Origin: Eledone cirrhosa
Taxonomy: Eukaryota
Assembly (NCBI GenBank): GCA_964016885.1
Contig: OZ024741.1
Coordinates: forward strand, 137,950,001-138,014,000
Reading direction: 5' to 3'
Length of the DNA stretch: 64,000 nucleotides
Below the pieces are notes generated by a model, which did not search any database, was not told where the DNA came from, and saw nothing but the letters and a program-made list of their open reading frames with translations. A program made the position numbers and the translations under genes. Positions 52,009-64,000 of this stretch are shown piece by piece (within the stretch, counting starts at the first letter, position 1; each line of letters opens with the position of its first letter).

Positions 52009-53691
52009 ATAGCACCCACTGATAAATATTTATAGATGAATTTCAATTAAAACTTGTTGTTCAGTGGCTTTAAAGTAATTTCGGTCGACGCAACCCCGCC
52101 ATAAATTTACAATCAGTGTAAATTCACACAATACATATCTCTGCAAACATCACAGAATGGAAACATAATAATGTCAACATATAAAAAAAACCTCCACGCC
52201 ATCCATCCAAACAAACTAATAATGACGTTACAAAAAAAAAAGAAAAAAAAAAGAAATAGCGATAAAAACAAACTATGTCATCGAAAAATAGAATTGCTTG
52301 GAAAGGGAATTTCAAATAATGACAGGTGATTCTGACGTGTCTACGCGATAACAAAGGCCTTGATTTTGTCTGCATTAGATAAGAGGAACAAAAGAAAATT
52401 CTATTGTCTCTCATTGTGTAGCGTTTGTTTCTCATCTTAGAAATGTCTGAATTATTACTGCATTTGTAATGAAAACATTTTTTTGTTTAGCTTTTATGTA
52501 TTCACTTCTCCATCCTCTACTCAACCATCCCTTCATATCAATCTGAAGTGTTTATAAGAAAAGAATTACGATTTCTATGTATTTTTCCAAAATGATATCT
52601 CTATCTTTATTGTTCCCGCACCACACCATTCTTGCGGTGTATATCTATATATGGATATATAGTTTTATGTACTTTTGTATATATATATATATATGCCTTA
52701 GTGAGCATCGTATTTAAATATTTAAATACAAACACACATGTATGTTTGCACTTCTCGGAGACTCCAACCCAAACACAAAGTACACGTATACGCGCATATA
52801 CACATAACTATATGCATTCATGTGTATATATGTATGCGAATGTGTAAATATATATGTATGTAAATATATACATATGTATATATGATATATATATATATAT
52901 ATATTATATATGTGGGTGCGTGTGTGTTTGTGCGTATATGTAATGTATAATATCTATCCATCTATGTATGTATACACAAATACACAGATACACATAGACA
53001 TACAGGCACACACACAACTGCACACACACATACACACACACAAACATACATATATACATATATAACAAATGTAGGAAAATTAACAAAGAGAATTGAACAA
53101 ACGAAAACAAGGCAAAACGATAAAAACATTTTTTTTTTAAAATAAGACAAACGAAAGACACACCTCCAAAGTCTTCAGCAGTCGAGAGGGACTTTTGCAA
53201 TTTCGACAATTACTGACGCTACTATTGGTTCACCCAGGACTAAACCGTTTGAGACAGGTCAAAGAGATGTCCTTAAAAGACAAGACAACATAATAACTTA
53301 TAGCAATTAAGCCGTAACATATGCACGTAGAACTTTATGTGATGTCTAAGATAACTGATTGTGTTTTAATAGCAACGGTAGTCTGGGGAGACTGAAAAAA
53401 GGGAAGTAAAGAAAGAAAAAAGAAAAAGAGAATGAAAAAGCCAAGAAGTGTAAAGTAATGTATCGTATTAAAAATGTAAACCATTGCAATTATTTGAGGA
53501 GATTAGATAACAAGTTCGCCACGGATTAGTAATAACAAAGGTAAGAAAATTATCAAATAACAAACGAAAATAAGGCTGAACAAAAAAAAACATTTTTGAA
53601 GGGGTAACCTTAAAAATCGTTTTTAAAATAAAAAGATTAACGAAAGACACATCTTTTATATAACGTCTAATATATATATATATATATATAT

Positions 53692-54195
53692 AATTATTGA
53701 AACTATATAACATCGATTCGACGCCTTAACCTCAGGCAGCAGGTGAATATTATAGATGCTTGATTTTTCTGTCACGTGTTTACCATTAACACAAGATGGA
53801 GTAAACAATATGAGAACTGAAGTAAGATGAGGAAAACAGGTTGTTGTTGAACGCGTCACAGTATGTCTGGTAAAAGAACTTTGACGAACTTACTTGTGTA
53901 TTTTTATTGACAACATTCATGTATACATCGCTATGGCAGAGCACCAATCCTAATACCTAATTTTTGCTGGACCGGCAATCGCTCTGTATAATCAGCTCCT
54001 GATTATTACCGGAATTCTATAAGAATCCAGCTTCTATAATTTTTGGCGGAAGAGGGAGTACGTGGCTCTGATGATCGCCAAACAGCGTGAAACAGACTGT
54101 TAGCTTCTCTCCCTTCTTTCGCCGAAAAGAAGTAAGTGACATAGTCACTACTTTAAAACCGATAGCGTATGGTCTTAAAAATGTTTTTAATTAAA
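53692..54195 (+). mobile_element. 314-bp-family hammerhead repeat plus a 220-bp extension
   Basis: Reverse complement of about 59350-59852. Confidence 0.85.
54065..54104 (+). ncRNA. Type I hammerhead ribozyme (314-bp family)
   Basis: GCU-CUGAUGA-U-CGC-CAAACA-GCG-U-GAAA-CAG-A-CUG-UU^-AGC. Confidence 0.75.
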
Positions 54196-55237
54196 TCTTC
54201 TGAAACTAACAAAGTTAATCTGTGAACGCAGAAGTGAATATTTAAAAAAACGTTGCAACCGGAGGAAGGCAGGAAGACGATACTTTGGTTCGTGGAAAGG
54301 TTCCCTGGCAAAGAACGGGAAAAAACGAATATAATACGTCATTATTTGGAGCGGTGAAAAACAATTACACGCAAGGACAAAACGACGTTTACGGTATAAA
54401 AGAAGTCGTAGACGAATATTCTATTAGGTGGTTCATAGAGACATTCTCTGGCAATAAACGGAAAAGACGAAGATAATACGTCATATGTGGAGCGTAGAGA
54501 ACAATTGCACGCAAAGACAAAACTACGTAAATGGTATAACTGAAGTCGTAGACTAAAATTCTAACTAGAACACCGAATGATTCTCGGCTTCAGAGTTAAG
54601 AATAAAGTAAATCAAATACAGAGGTAATTGAAATTAAATAAATACATACACGCATCCATATACGTACATACACAAGCATACGCGAAAACACATGCCGTAG
54701 GTATACAAATACACGCACGTACACAAAAAACACCGCACGCACATACAGAACCCCCGCAACGCATGTACCCGCACGCATACGAATGTATACACCAAATACA
54801 ACTAAAAATATTTATAACAAAAAAAATATATATATGTGTGTGTGCGCGTGTATACATATAATTAAATCAAAGTATATAAATAAATAAATACATATATAAC
54901 AAGCGCACACACATACCTACATGTAAATACACATATGTGCAGAGACCTACGTCAACCAAAACACGAAGTACACATATACACACACCCTACATACGTACGA
55001 ACCCGCATACTCACACAGACACAAAACTCACGTATACACATAACCAAAAGCATATGTACAAGAATATATAATATGTACGCCATAACATATACGCCATAAC
55101 ATGTACGTACGAGAAAGTATACGTACTTCACCAAACAACAGGTAATATATACTTACCTATACAAATAAGTAAGGGTATAAACATAACATATACTTAGCTA
55201 CCACATCAAGACGTAAAATATCCGCGTATAGATTGTA

Positions 55238-57190
55238 CTATCCGTTAGGGTATAACATGGGGCTGTAATACAGGAAGGTTTTGTGCAATTTATGTTTACA
55301 AGTTGAAATTGCCTCAGATTTTTTGTTTAAGATGTGGTCTGTGGCGCAGAGTATTTCCAGGGCCTCAGCGGCGCAGAGGTCACATGGTCTTTTATTTCCG
55401 TTATACGATCTAGCCCTAGCTAGGATCTTCCAGTGTAACTTATATTGGGCGTGGTTGTCTTTTAGACTCCAGATATAATCAGAAAGTGACGTCATATTCC
55501 GTCTTAAAGGGAAACGAAAAGAATGGGTATGCATGTAAGGACGCTGCTTGAATCTATTGGCGGTTAACCCTATGCAGATCCTACGGGACGTGGGTGTTTC
55601 AGCCTTACATTTGTAGACAATGTTACTAGAGAGGCATTTCCCGGATAGGGGGCAGTCAACCCGATTCTTACAATTACAGTTAATACTAACTACAGGATTG
55701 CACGTGTCCCTACGGCTAGGTAGTTTAGCTAAATTTGAAGCTGTGGTGTTATGTGCAAGGTTAGTAGTCGTAGAGTAAGACATTTTAATAGTATTTCTAT
55801 TAAAGATTTTACTATATTTATGTGTAGGGGGAAAATGCTTCATAATAAGGGAGAGAAAGATCTTAGCTAATGGTGTGGCCACCTCCATATTATATGGTGG
55901 GTTATACCATATAATGCGTCGGGATCTATTTCTTCTAGGTCTATTCTCGTACTCTGTATATGCTACCTTATTGACAAATCCACTCCGAGCAAGAGCTTCA
56001 TTGTAATATGTGGAATGGTCGTTGAAAATATACTCGTTAGTAGATAGACGGGAAAGCCTCAAAGAAACGTTTCATACCAGGTTCTTGGTTATGCTGGCAG
56101 GATGGTTAGAATGCTTGCTTATGTAATTAAGCGTATCATTCGGCTTTTTATACGGGTAATGCAAGCCATTCGATAAATTGAGGGTAACGTCGAGGTAATT
56201 AACGGCCGAGAGGTTGGCCTCAACCTGTATGGAGAGGTTGAAACCTTTAAAGAAGGCTGTGAGTTCTTTTCTGATCCTGTCGCAAGCTCGTGGGCCGCAC
56301 TTAGTCATGGTCAAAAGACTATCATCATGGTACAAACCTCCGCCCACGTTGGGAAATTCTTCCTTGATAGTGAAAAGAAGGAAAAGGGCGATAAGATCAG
56401 TAACCTCCGCAGAATCGCTGGCGCCTATAGTCACGTCGAATGGGGTACTATTAGATTTTTTAATCCAAATAGAGTCGTCGAAATTAATCACCGACTTACG
56501 GGCATTGAGGATGACATCAACTTCGAAATCCTTAACCACTGTGAGTGTTTTAGCGAAATTGATAGCTTTAAGGAGAAGTGGTAAAGTGATGGAGGAGTAG
56601 TGATTTTGTTGTCGAATTGGATAAAACGACAATGTTCCTTGTTGCATATACCGTTGAACCAATCAATCACCGTGAAAGAATTGTTTCACAGTGCAAGAGG
56701 GGCCAAACTTCTAATTTCAGGTATAATTCTATCAATAATCCTTTTACTAAGACTACCCAAATCGGACTTCGTAGGGTTAATAAGCCGAATAGAGGGGTCG
56801 TTCGGAAAATTGGATTTGTGATCCTTCAAGGTAAAGTGGGGAGAAAAGGGTCCAGAGGTTCAGTCCGGTCCAGGATTTTGAGATCAGAAGTGACTTTAAA
56901 CCCAGCATCGTTGATTTCATTAATGACGCACCGATTAGTTTTACGGTAATCCATAGTTATAGCATTATGTACTTGATATAGATTGCCAGTTTTGTCGGAA
57001 TGGACGTGCACGGCATTAGAATCCTTAATAGAACGAATTCTATTCTTCAGGTCCTGCTGGGAAGAATTGCTCCTATTCCGAAATTTGATACTCCATATGA
57101 GTTCCAAGACATCATTTTCAAAGGGTAGCAATAGCAATGCTGGGTTACTAGGAAGGGTTATTATCGAGCCCTCTTTGGATTTTCGTCTTC
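55238..57190 (-). pseudogene. Penelope-like element ORF: reverse transcriptase + C-terminal GIY-YIG endonuclease, frameshifted and 5'-truncated
   Basis: SDKTGNLY, FDVTIGASDSAEV, YHDD, NYLDVTL, YKKP..YISKHSNHP, IIWYNPPY, CNC-x4-CPLSGKC, VYKC..IGLT, CDLC..E and LNKKSE. Split over ORFs 57137-56826, 56662-56072 and 56062-55238. Confidence 0.92.
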
Positions 57191-58444
57191 AAATTTATTA
57201 TTATTATTAAATATATATATATATTTAAAGGTTAAACAAGGTTCAATGAATAAATCAAAGAATGAGTTCTGCAATAGATTAGAAGCACTCAACAGTAATG
57301 GTTTTCCGGAGTTATTAATATTAATTCAAAATATTAACAAAAATAGACATTCATGTGATCGAGTATATTTGATTATACATATTTCAGAGGTACTGAGCTA
57401 TCTTCAACAGTACGTCCTCATCAAATTTAATAATAACTTTTTTAAGTTTAATTATCAGGCTTTTAGATGCTTTAGGGCATTCTAATTGTTAATTTGAAAT
57501 TTTTAAAGTTATAACTGTAATTATTTTCTAAATTATATAGTGAGAATTATTTTAGTATGGGAAAATAATATAAGATAATATAATTTAATATGGTTTACCT
57601 TCGTGTGGATGAAAATACTAAGTTTCTGTCTCATGTTTGAAAATATATTAAATATGATTTTATAAATTAAATATGTTAGTATACTTTAATATTAATATAG
57701 ACATTTATAAACTTTTATAGCCTTAAATATTATACCTTTAGTTTAATCCATTATTCTGAACTAACATAAAGAATTTGAAATTTAACGGTCAGCCGGATAA
57801 GTTTGGAAATATATGGTGTATAAATAATTGTTAGTATATTTCTTAGTAATTGAGGACTCGAAATTAAACCCTAATATAATTGCACCCAGATATATTTAAT
57901 ATTTAGATAGATGGATACTTCTAGATAATTCAAAGATTCGAGTTTACTCTTTCACAAAGCTATGCCCAATACTATAAAAATTATTCCCCTTTGTCTCTCT
58001 TTTCTATATCCTTGATCAATTCTCTTTTGCTTTCTATACTTCTAGTAACTATATTTTTTCCTCATCTTTTTCTCTCTGTCTTTCTTCTTTCTTCCTTCTT
58101 TCTTCAATAATTTAAATTATTTGAATCTCTAACAGTTATGTAAATTGCTATTAAGTATTTTTAAGCTTTCTTACATGAACCATCTGTATTATATGTAAAT
58201 ATTTTCATGTCTCAATCTTAAGGTATATAAATATTGAATCTTGTCATATCATATTCACTACCATGACTGAATCTTAACCATCTACTATGTCAGGGTATGT
58301 CATGCATCATCTTATTTTTCTGATGAGGACGTACTGTTGAAGATAGATCAGTACCTCTAAAATATGTATAATAAAATATACTTGATCACACGAACGTCTA
58401 TTTTTGTTAATATTTTGAATTAATTAATATATATATATATATAT

Positions 58445-59176
<732 letters not shown>

Positions 59177-59184
59177 ATATATAT

Positions 59185-59273
<89 letters not shown>

Positions 59274-59275
<2 letters not shown>

Positions 59276-59852
59276 TATTAGGATAGGTGCTCTGAAATAA
59301 CGATGTATACATGAATGTATGTATAGTATATTTGGCAATATACCGTATGTTTAATTAAAAACATTTTGAAGACCATACGCTATCGGGTTTAAAATATTGA
59401 CTATGTCACTTACTTCTTTTCGGTGTAAGAAGGGAGAGACGTTAACAGTCTGTTTCACGCTGTTTGGCGATCATCAGAACCACATACTCCCTCTTCCGCC
59501 AAAAATTATAGAAGCTGGATTCTTATAGAATTCCGGTAATAATCAGGAGCTGATTATACAGAGCGATTGCCGGTCCAGCAAAAATTAGGTATTAGGATTG
59601 GTGCTCTGAAATAGCGATGTATACATGAATGTTGTCAATAAAAATACACACGTAAGTTCGTCAAAGTTCTTTTACCAGGCATACTGTGACGCGTTCAACA
59701 ACAACCTGTTTTCCTCCTCTTCCTTCAGTTCTCATATTGTTACTCCATCTTGTGTTAATGGTAAACACGTAACAGAAAAATCAAGCATCTATAATATTCA
59801 CCTGTTGCCTGAGGATAAGGCGTCGAATCGATGTTATAAATTTTCAATAATA
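59274..59852 (-). mobile_element. 314-bp-family repeat with terminal redundancy plus extension
   Basis: GGTATTAGGAT.GGTGCTCTGAAATA.CGATGTATACATGAATGT occurs at 59274 and 59588 (period 314). Confidence 0.85.
59441..59480 (-). ncRNA. Type I hammerhead ribozyme (314-bp family)
   Basis: GUU-CUGAUGA-UCGCCAAACAGCGU-GAAA-CAGACUG-UU^-AAC. Confidence 0.75.
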
Positions 59853-59859
59853 CACATAC

Positions 59860-59927
<68 letters not shown>

Positions 59928-60119
59928 TAACAGATTAAGTTTAAGCAAAGAACCGCTGCTTTCGCCCTTAAAGGGATCTTCTGAATCTAACAATGTCAAT
60001 CTGTAAACGCAGAAGTGGATATTTCAAAAACTTTGCAACCGGAAGAAGACAGGAAGACGATACTTTGGTTCGTGGAAACGTTCCCTGGCAAAGAACGAAA
60101 AAAAAACCAATATAATACG

Positions 60120-60151
<32 letters not shown>

Positions 60152-60162
60152 GTTAGTGTTAT

Positions 60163-61628
60163 TCCTTGAATCTCAGTCATTGATGTTGGTTAACTGGAAA
60201 GTCCGTTGGATTGAATATCAAGCCACTACCTGCAGCCTCAGATATTCAGGACGTATCGGAGGGTTCTTGCTGTTCCAAGCAAGCATGCCTTTTGAAGCGT
60301 TCCAAAAAGCGTGAAGGGGCCGATTTTCTTTAACCATCCCTGGAAACCTTTGGAGATAGTCCCCAGTGCGCCTATGACAATCGGGATCACTTTGACTTCA
60401 TGGCAGTTCCAAATCCTTTTCACCTCCCACTTTAGGTCCTGGTATCGGTTAATTTTCTCCCTCTCCTTCTCTTGCACTCTCGTGTCGAACGGGCAGGCCA
60501 CATCCACAATCAGGCACGATCTTTTTTCTTTGTCCACAACCACCAGGTCAGGTCTATTGTGTTCCAGTTTTTTGTCCGTCTGTATCCTAAAATCCCACAG
60601 CACCTTCACCTGACTGTTCTCCATCACCGCCTCTGGCCTATGCTCATACCATTTCTCAGAATGTGGTAGATTGTTTACTTTGCACAGGTGCCAGTGGATC
60701 ACCCTGCCCATCACATCGTGTCTCCAGCCCTTATAGTGGTTCTGGGCTAGGTGTTTACACTCGGACAAAATGTGAGCCACAGTCTCCTCTCTCTCTCCAC
60801 AGATCCTGCACAGTGGGCTAGCCTCCTCCTTGTAGATATGGTGCTTCAACCACTTCGTTTTGAGGGCCTGCTCCTGCGCAGCCATTAGCATTCCTTCTGT
60901 AGCCTTTTTGAGGTCTCCTCTTCTCAACCAGTTCCATGTCTGTGGATCTCTAAATTCAGTTTTCTCAAAGAAGGTACTATGAAGGGATTTTCCCTTAAGG
61001 CTGCTCTTCCTCCTTGATGTTATTTCCTCCTTGGATATCCCCTGGCCTACTGTCCCCTCCTTCAGTACAGCTCTGAGCATTGGCTCCTTACTATAGGTCA
61101 CGTATTTGTATAGGTTGTTTTTCTCCATCTGAACACAGTCCTCTATGCTGATAAGACCTCTTCCACCCTCAGATCTCCTTAGGTAGAGTCTATCGACATC
61201 ACTCCTCTTGTGGAACATGTTGTAGATAGTCAATAGCTTCCTAGTCTTCCTATCCATTTCTTTTTGTTCAGCAACATTCCATCTCAGAATTCCCGCACTG
61301 TACCTAATAATAGACACAGCTCGGGAATTTACTGCGCTTATGGCATTTCTGCTGTTCAGATGTGACTTCAATACGCTCCTTACTCTCCGAATGTATTCAG
61401 TTCTTAACAATTCCTTCATTTTTTTGTTCTTTATGCCATCAGCCTCCAGAACGCCCAGATACTTGTATCCTTCCTCAGAGTCAATTTCCTTTATCATCTC
61501 ACCTGTTGGTATCTGGATCCCGTTACTTCTGCTCAACCTACCCCTCTTCATCACAATGACTCCACATTTACCAATACCAAACTGCATACATATATCACTG
61601 CTGAAAATACGGACAGTGTCAACAAGCA

Positions 61629-61630
<2 letters not shown>
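60163..61630 (-). mobile_element. R4/Dong-like LINE family A, 5'-truncated, near identical to 25758-27223
   Basis: Open ORF 61629-60238 with the RT end, CCHC and REL domains. (TTA)n at 60122-60162 and 61631-61688. Confidence 0.95.
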
Positions 61631-61688
<58 letters not shown>

Positions 61689-62988
61689 AGCTGCTTTATG
61701 TTCATACGAGTTATCACCAAGTCACAACCAGTGACCTCAAGAGACAACAAGGTCCGCCATGTTCAAGAAAGAACATATATACTCACACATGCATCTCATA
61801 CCGATCCGGTATGAGATTTTATCATTAGACATTTACTTTATTTTGTCGCGTTTTATCCTTATCCGCCAATGGGTAATCATTTCGTGTTACCACTTCTAGA
61901 ACGAGTGTCAACCAAGACTAGAGGCGTCGTTCTCCCCTAGAGACACGGCTATTCCCCGCCGGCCGCCATCTCGGTATTTCTTGGTCACGGGGTGTTATTT
62001 TTTGTTGTTTTTTTAAATTGTTATTATCATGAGTGGTTCCTTAATGTGAGCATTGCGTGGCTTAAGAATGAAATTATTAATAATTGTCTCCACTCCAGGC
62101 ACAAGGCCAGCAATTACCCAGTGCATTACAATAATATAATATACTTTTTGCTGAAGTTGCCTGTTATTGTTGTTGGTGCTGGGCATTTTTATATTGTTGC
62201 TGGGGAAGGGGGGAGCCAGCAGTGCCATAGTTGTTGACGTTTGGCCGGTGGCCGGGTCACTAAGTCAATCTATTTATATCTTTTGCTAGCCTCTCCCTTG
62301 TCTAGTGATACCTCCACCTTCCCTTTTCTTAAGTTAACAGAAGGTAATGGGGAATAGTGGCGGTAGCAATGAAGGAGTGGTGGCGGCGGTGATGGGATAG
62401 TGGTATCAATGATGGATGGAGTGGTGGCGGGGTGGCGTTGTCGTTACTGAGTTTTGTTGAATAGACTGTCGTTTTGTTTGATCTGTAGTATCTATGCGTT
62501 TGTGTCGCGTATGTTTAATATATGTGTTGACATATTCGCTTAATATTGGAATTAAACATTTTGTGAAAACTTGTGACAATAATAATAGTAATTATTATTA
62601 TGATGCTGGGATTGGTGGTGGTGGTGAAATTGCCGTTATCTGGCTGTTGCATTTAGTGTACACAGTGGGGTGATGGGTAGGTGGTGTATCTAGTTTCTGG
62701 TGTTGGTGAAATTGCTGTTATTTGGCTGTTCTATATAGTGTAGGCAGAGGGGGTTTTCTTCCATTTATAACCATTTTCTTTTTTGAATATAAAATGTATA
62801 ATACAAAATTGAATATTTGAGCGATATAACAATATATTATGGATCCGAATTTGTATGAGACTTGATTCGGTGCTTTATGCATCATTTGTATTAAGAATTG
62901 TTATTTCACAATTGATTTAAATATGTTAAAAATCAAAAAGGTATGGGACCGATTTCATGACCTTCTACCACCACGTGTGTCTTCTCCC
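61689..62988 (-). mobile_element. Non-coding Dong-derived element: 5' leader joined to the family B 3' tail
   Basis: 61801-62988 matches 24536-25712. 61690-61795 matches the 3' UTR at 63087-63189. A SINE tail is inserted at about 62083-62130. Confidence 0.85.
61891..61987 (-). other. Candidate pseudoknotted RNA in the Dong-like leader, copy 2
   Basis: GACCAAGA/UCUUGGUU plus AGAACGA/UCGUUCU. Confidence 0.5.
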
Positions 62989-62997
62989 TTATTATTA

Positions 62998-63073
<76 letters not shown>

Positions 63074-63074
<1 letters not shown>

Positions 63075-64000
63075 TGCATTTATCTTGCTTTATGTTCATA
63101 CGAGTTATCACCAAGTCACAACCAGTGACCTCAAGAGACAACAAGGTCCGCCATGTTCAAGAAAGAACATACATATTCACACATGCATCCTTAGTGTTTA
63201 GACTTGTGATGTACTTATATTGACAGGATCTTCCTTAGTATATGGGCAGTTCCCATTAGTACTATCTTTTGTATTTCTCCTATACGCGGGTTTCCTGGGA
63301 TTTGCGATAAGTAGTCGTTAGACCCCTTAGGTATCATTCCCAGAGCGCCTACAACCACTGGTATTGTTTTAGTTCTCAATTTCCACATTTTTCCAATTTC
63401 TATCTCCAAGTACTTATACTTGCTCAATTTTTCAAATGTTTTTATAGATACATTCTTGTCTATTGGAACAGACATATCAATTAGCAGGCATATCCTCCTT
63501 TGAAAGTCCTTCAATATTATATCAGGTCTATGTGCATCTATTTTTCGGTCTGTTTGGATGCTAAAGTTCCACAAGGTTGAGATGTGATCTTTTTCAAGTA
63601 TGGGAGGTGGTTGATGCTCCCACCAATTCTTTTGATGGGGCAGGTCAAAATGCTTACACATTATCCAATGTATGTATTGTGCAGCTCTGTCATGCCTGTT
63701 TAGGTATTCGGTTGGAGCTATAGGACTGCACATTGAAATTATATGGTGAATGGTCTCTGGTTGTTTTTTGCATACACGGCATAATGGGCTGCACCCATTT
63801 TTTATTATGTTGGCTTGGTAATTTTTTGTTGGCAGACACTGATCTTGTGCCGATATAATCAGTCCTTCAGTCTCCGATTTCAGTTCAGAGGATGCCAACC
63901 ACTGATGGGTTAAAGTTTTGTCAACATCAGGATTGTTAGCTCGCTCTGGGTATTTTCCATACAGAGGCTTTTCTAGCCATTTCTTAGCCAGTTTCTGTAG
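63074..64000 (-). mobile_element. R4/Dong-like LINE family B, 3' part (continues past the window)
   Basis: ORF ending at 63215 has ETEGLIISAQDQ, CRVC..ETIHHIISMC, RHD and RPDII..D..K..Y. The protein is clearly diverged from family A and the 3' UTR differs. (TTA)n at 62989-63073. Confidence 0.93.

Noticed and set aside
59548-59625. Second, opposite-polarity hammerhead in the 314-bp unit (CTGATTA..AGAGC/GCTCT-GAAA)
   Set aside because: The core is CTGATTA, the cleavage position would be G, and stem I does not pair. Only a hairpin is supported.

Overview
AT-rich animal DNA with no host gene I can support. It consists of (TA)n/(CA)n/(TTA)n microsatellites, tRNA-derived SINEs and retrotransposons. 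The SINE and repeat content resembles an octopus (coleoid cephalopod) genome, which is an inference. Most short ORFs in the track are microsatellite or antisense artefacts. The real coding remnants are: (1) two same-strand arrays of R4/Dong-like non-LTR elements (RT + CCHC + restriction-like endonuclease) separated by (TTA)n tracts, at 17.9-28.5 kb and 60.1-64 kb; (2) a decayed Tx1/L1-type LINE; (3) a frameshifted Penelope-like RT + GIY-YIG element; (4) a CR1/L2-like 3' fragment. The strongest unexplained signal is RNA structure. At least five unrelated repeat families carry type I hammerhead ribozyme folds (CUGAUGA-stem II-GAAA-stem III-UH), with eight essentially intact copies and about a dozen decayed ones. 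Two of these families occur as tandem or terminally redundant monomers (314 and 489 nt), as expected of retrozyme-like elements copied from circular RNA. The Dong-like 5' leader also holds a pseudoknot-like fold with a compensatory base-pair change between its two copies. All folds were paired by eye and element boundaries are approximate.
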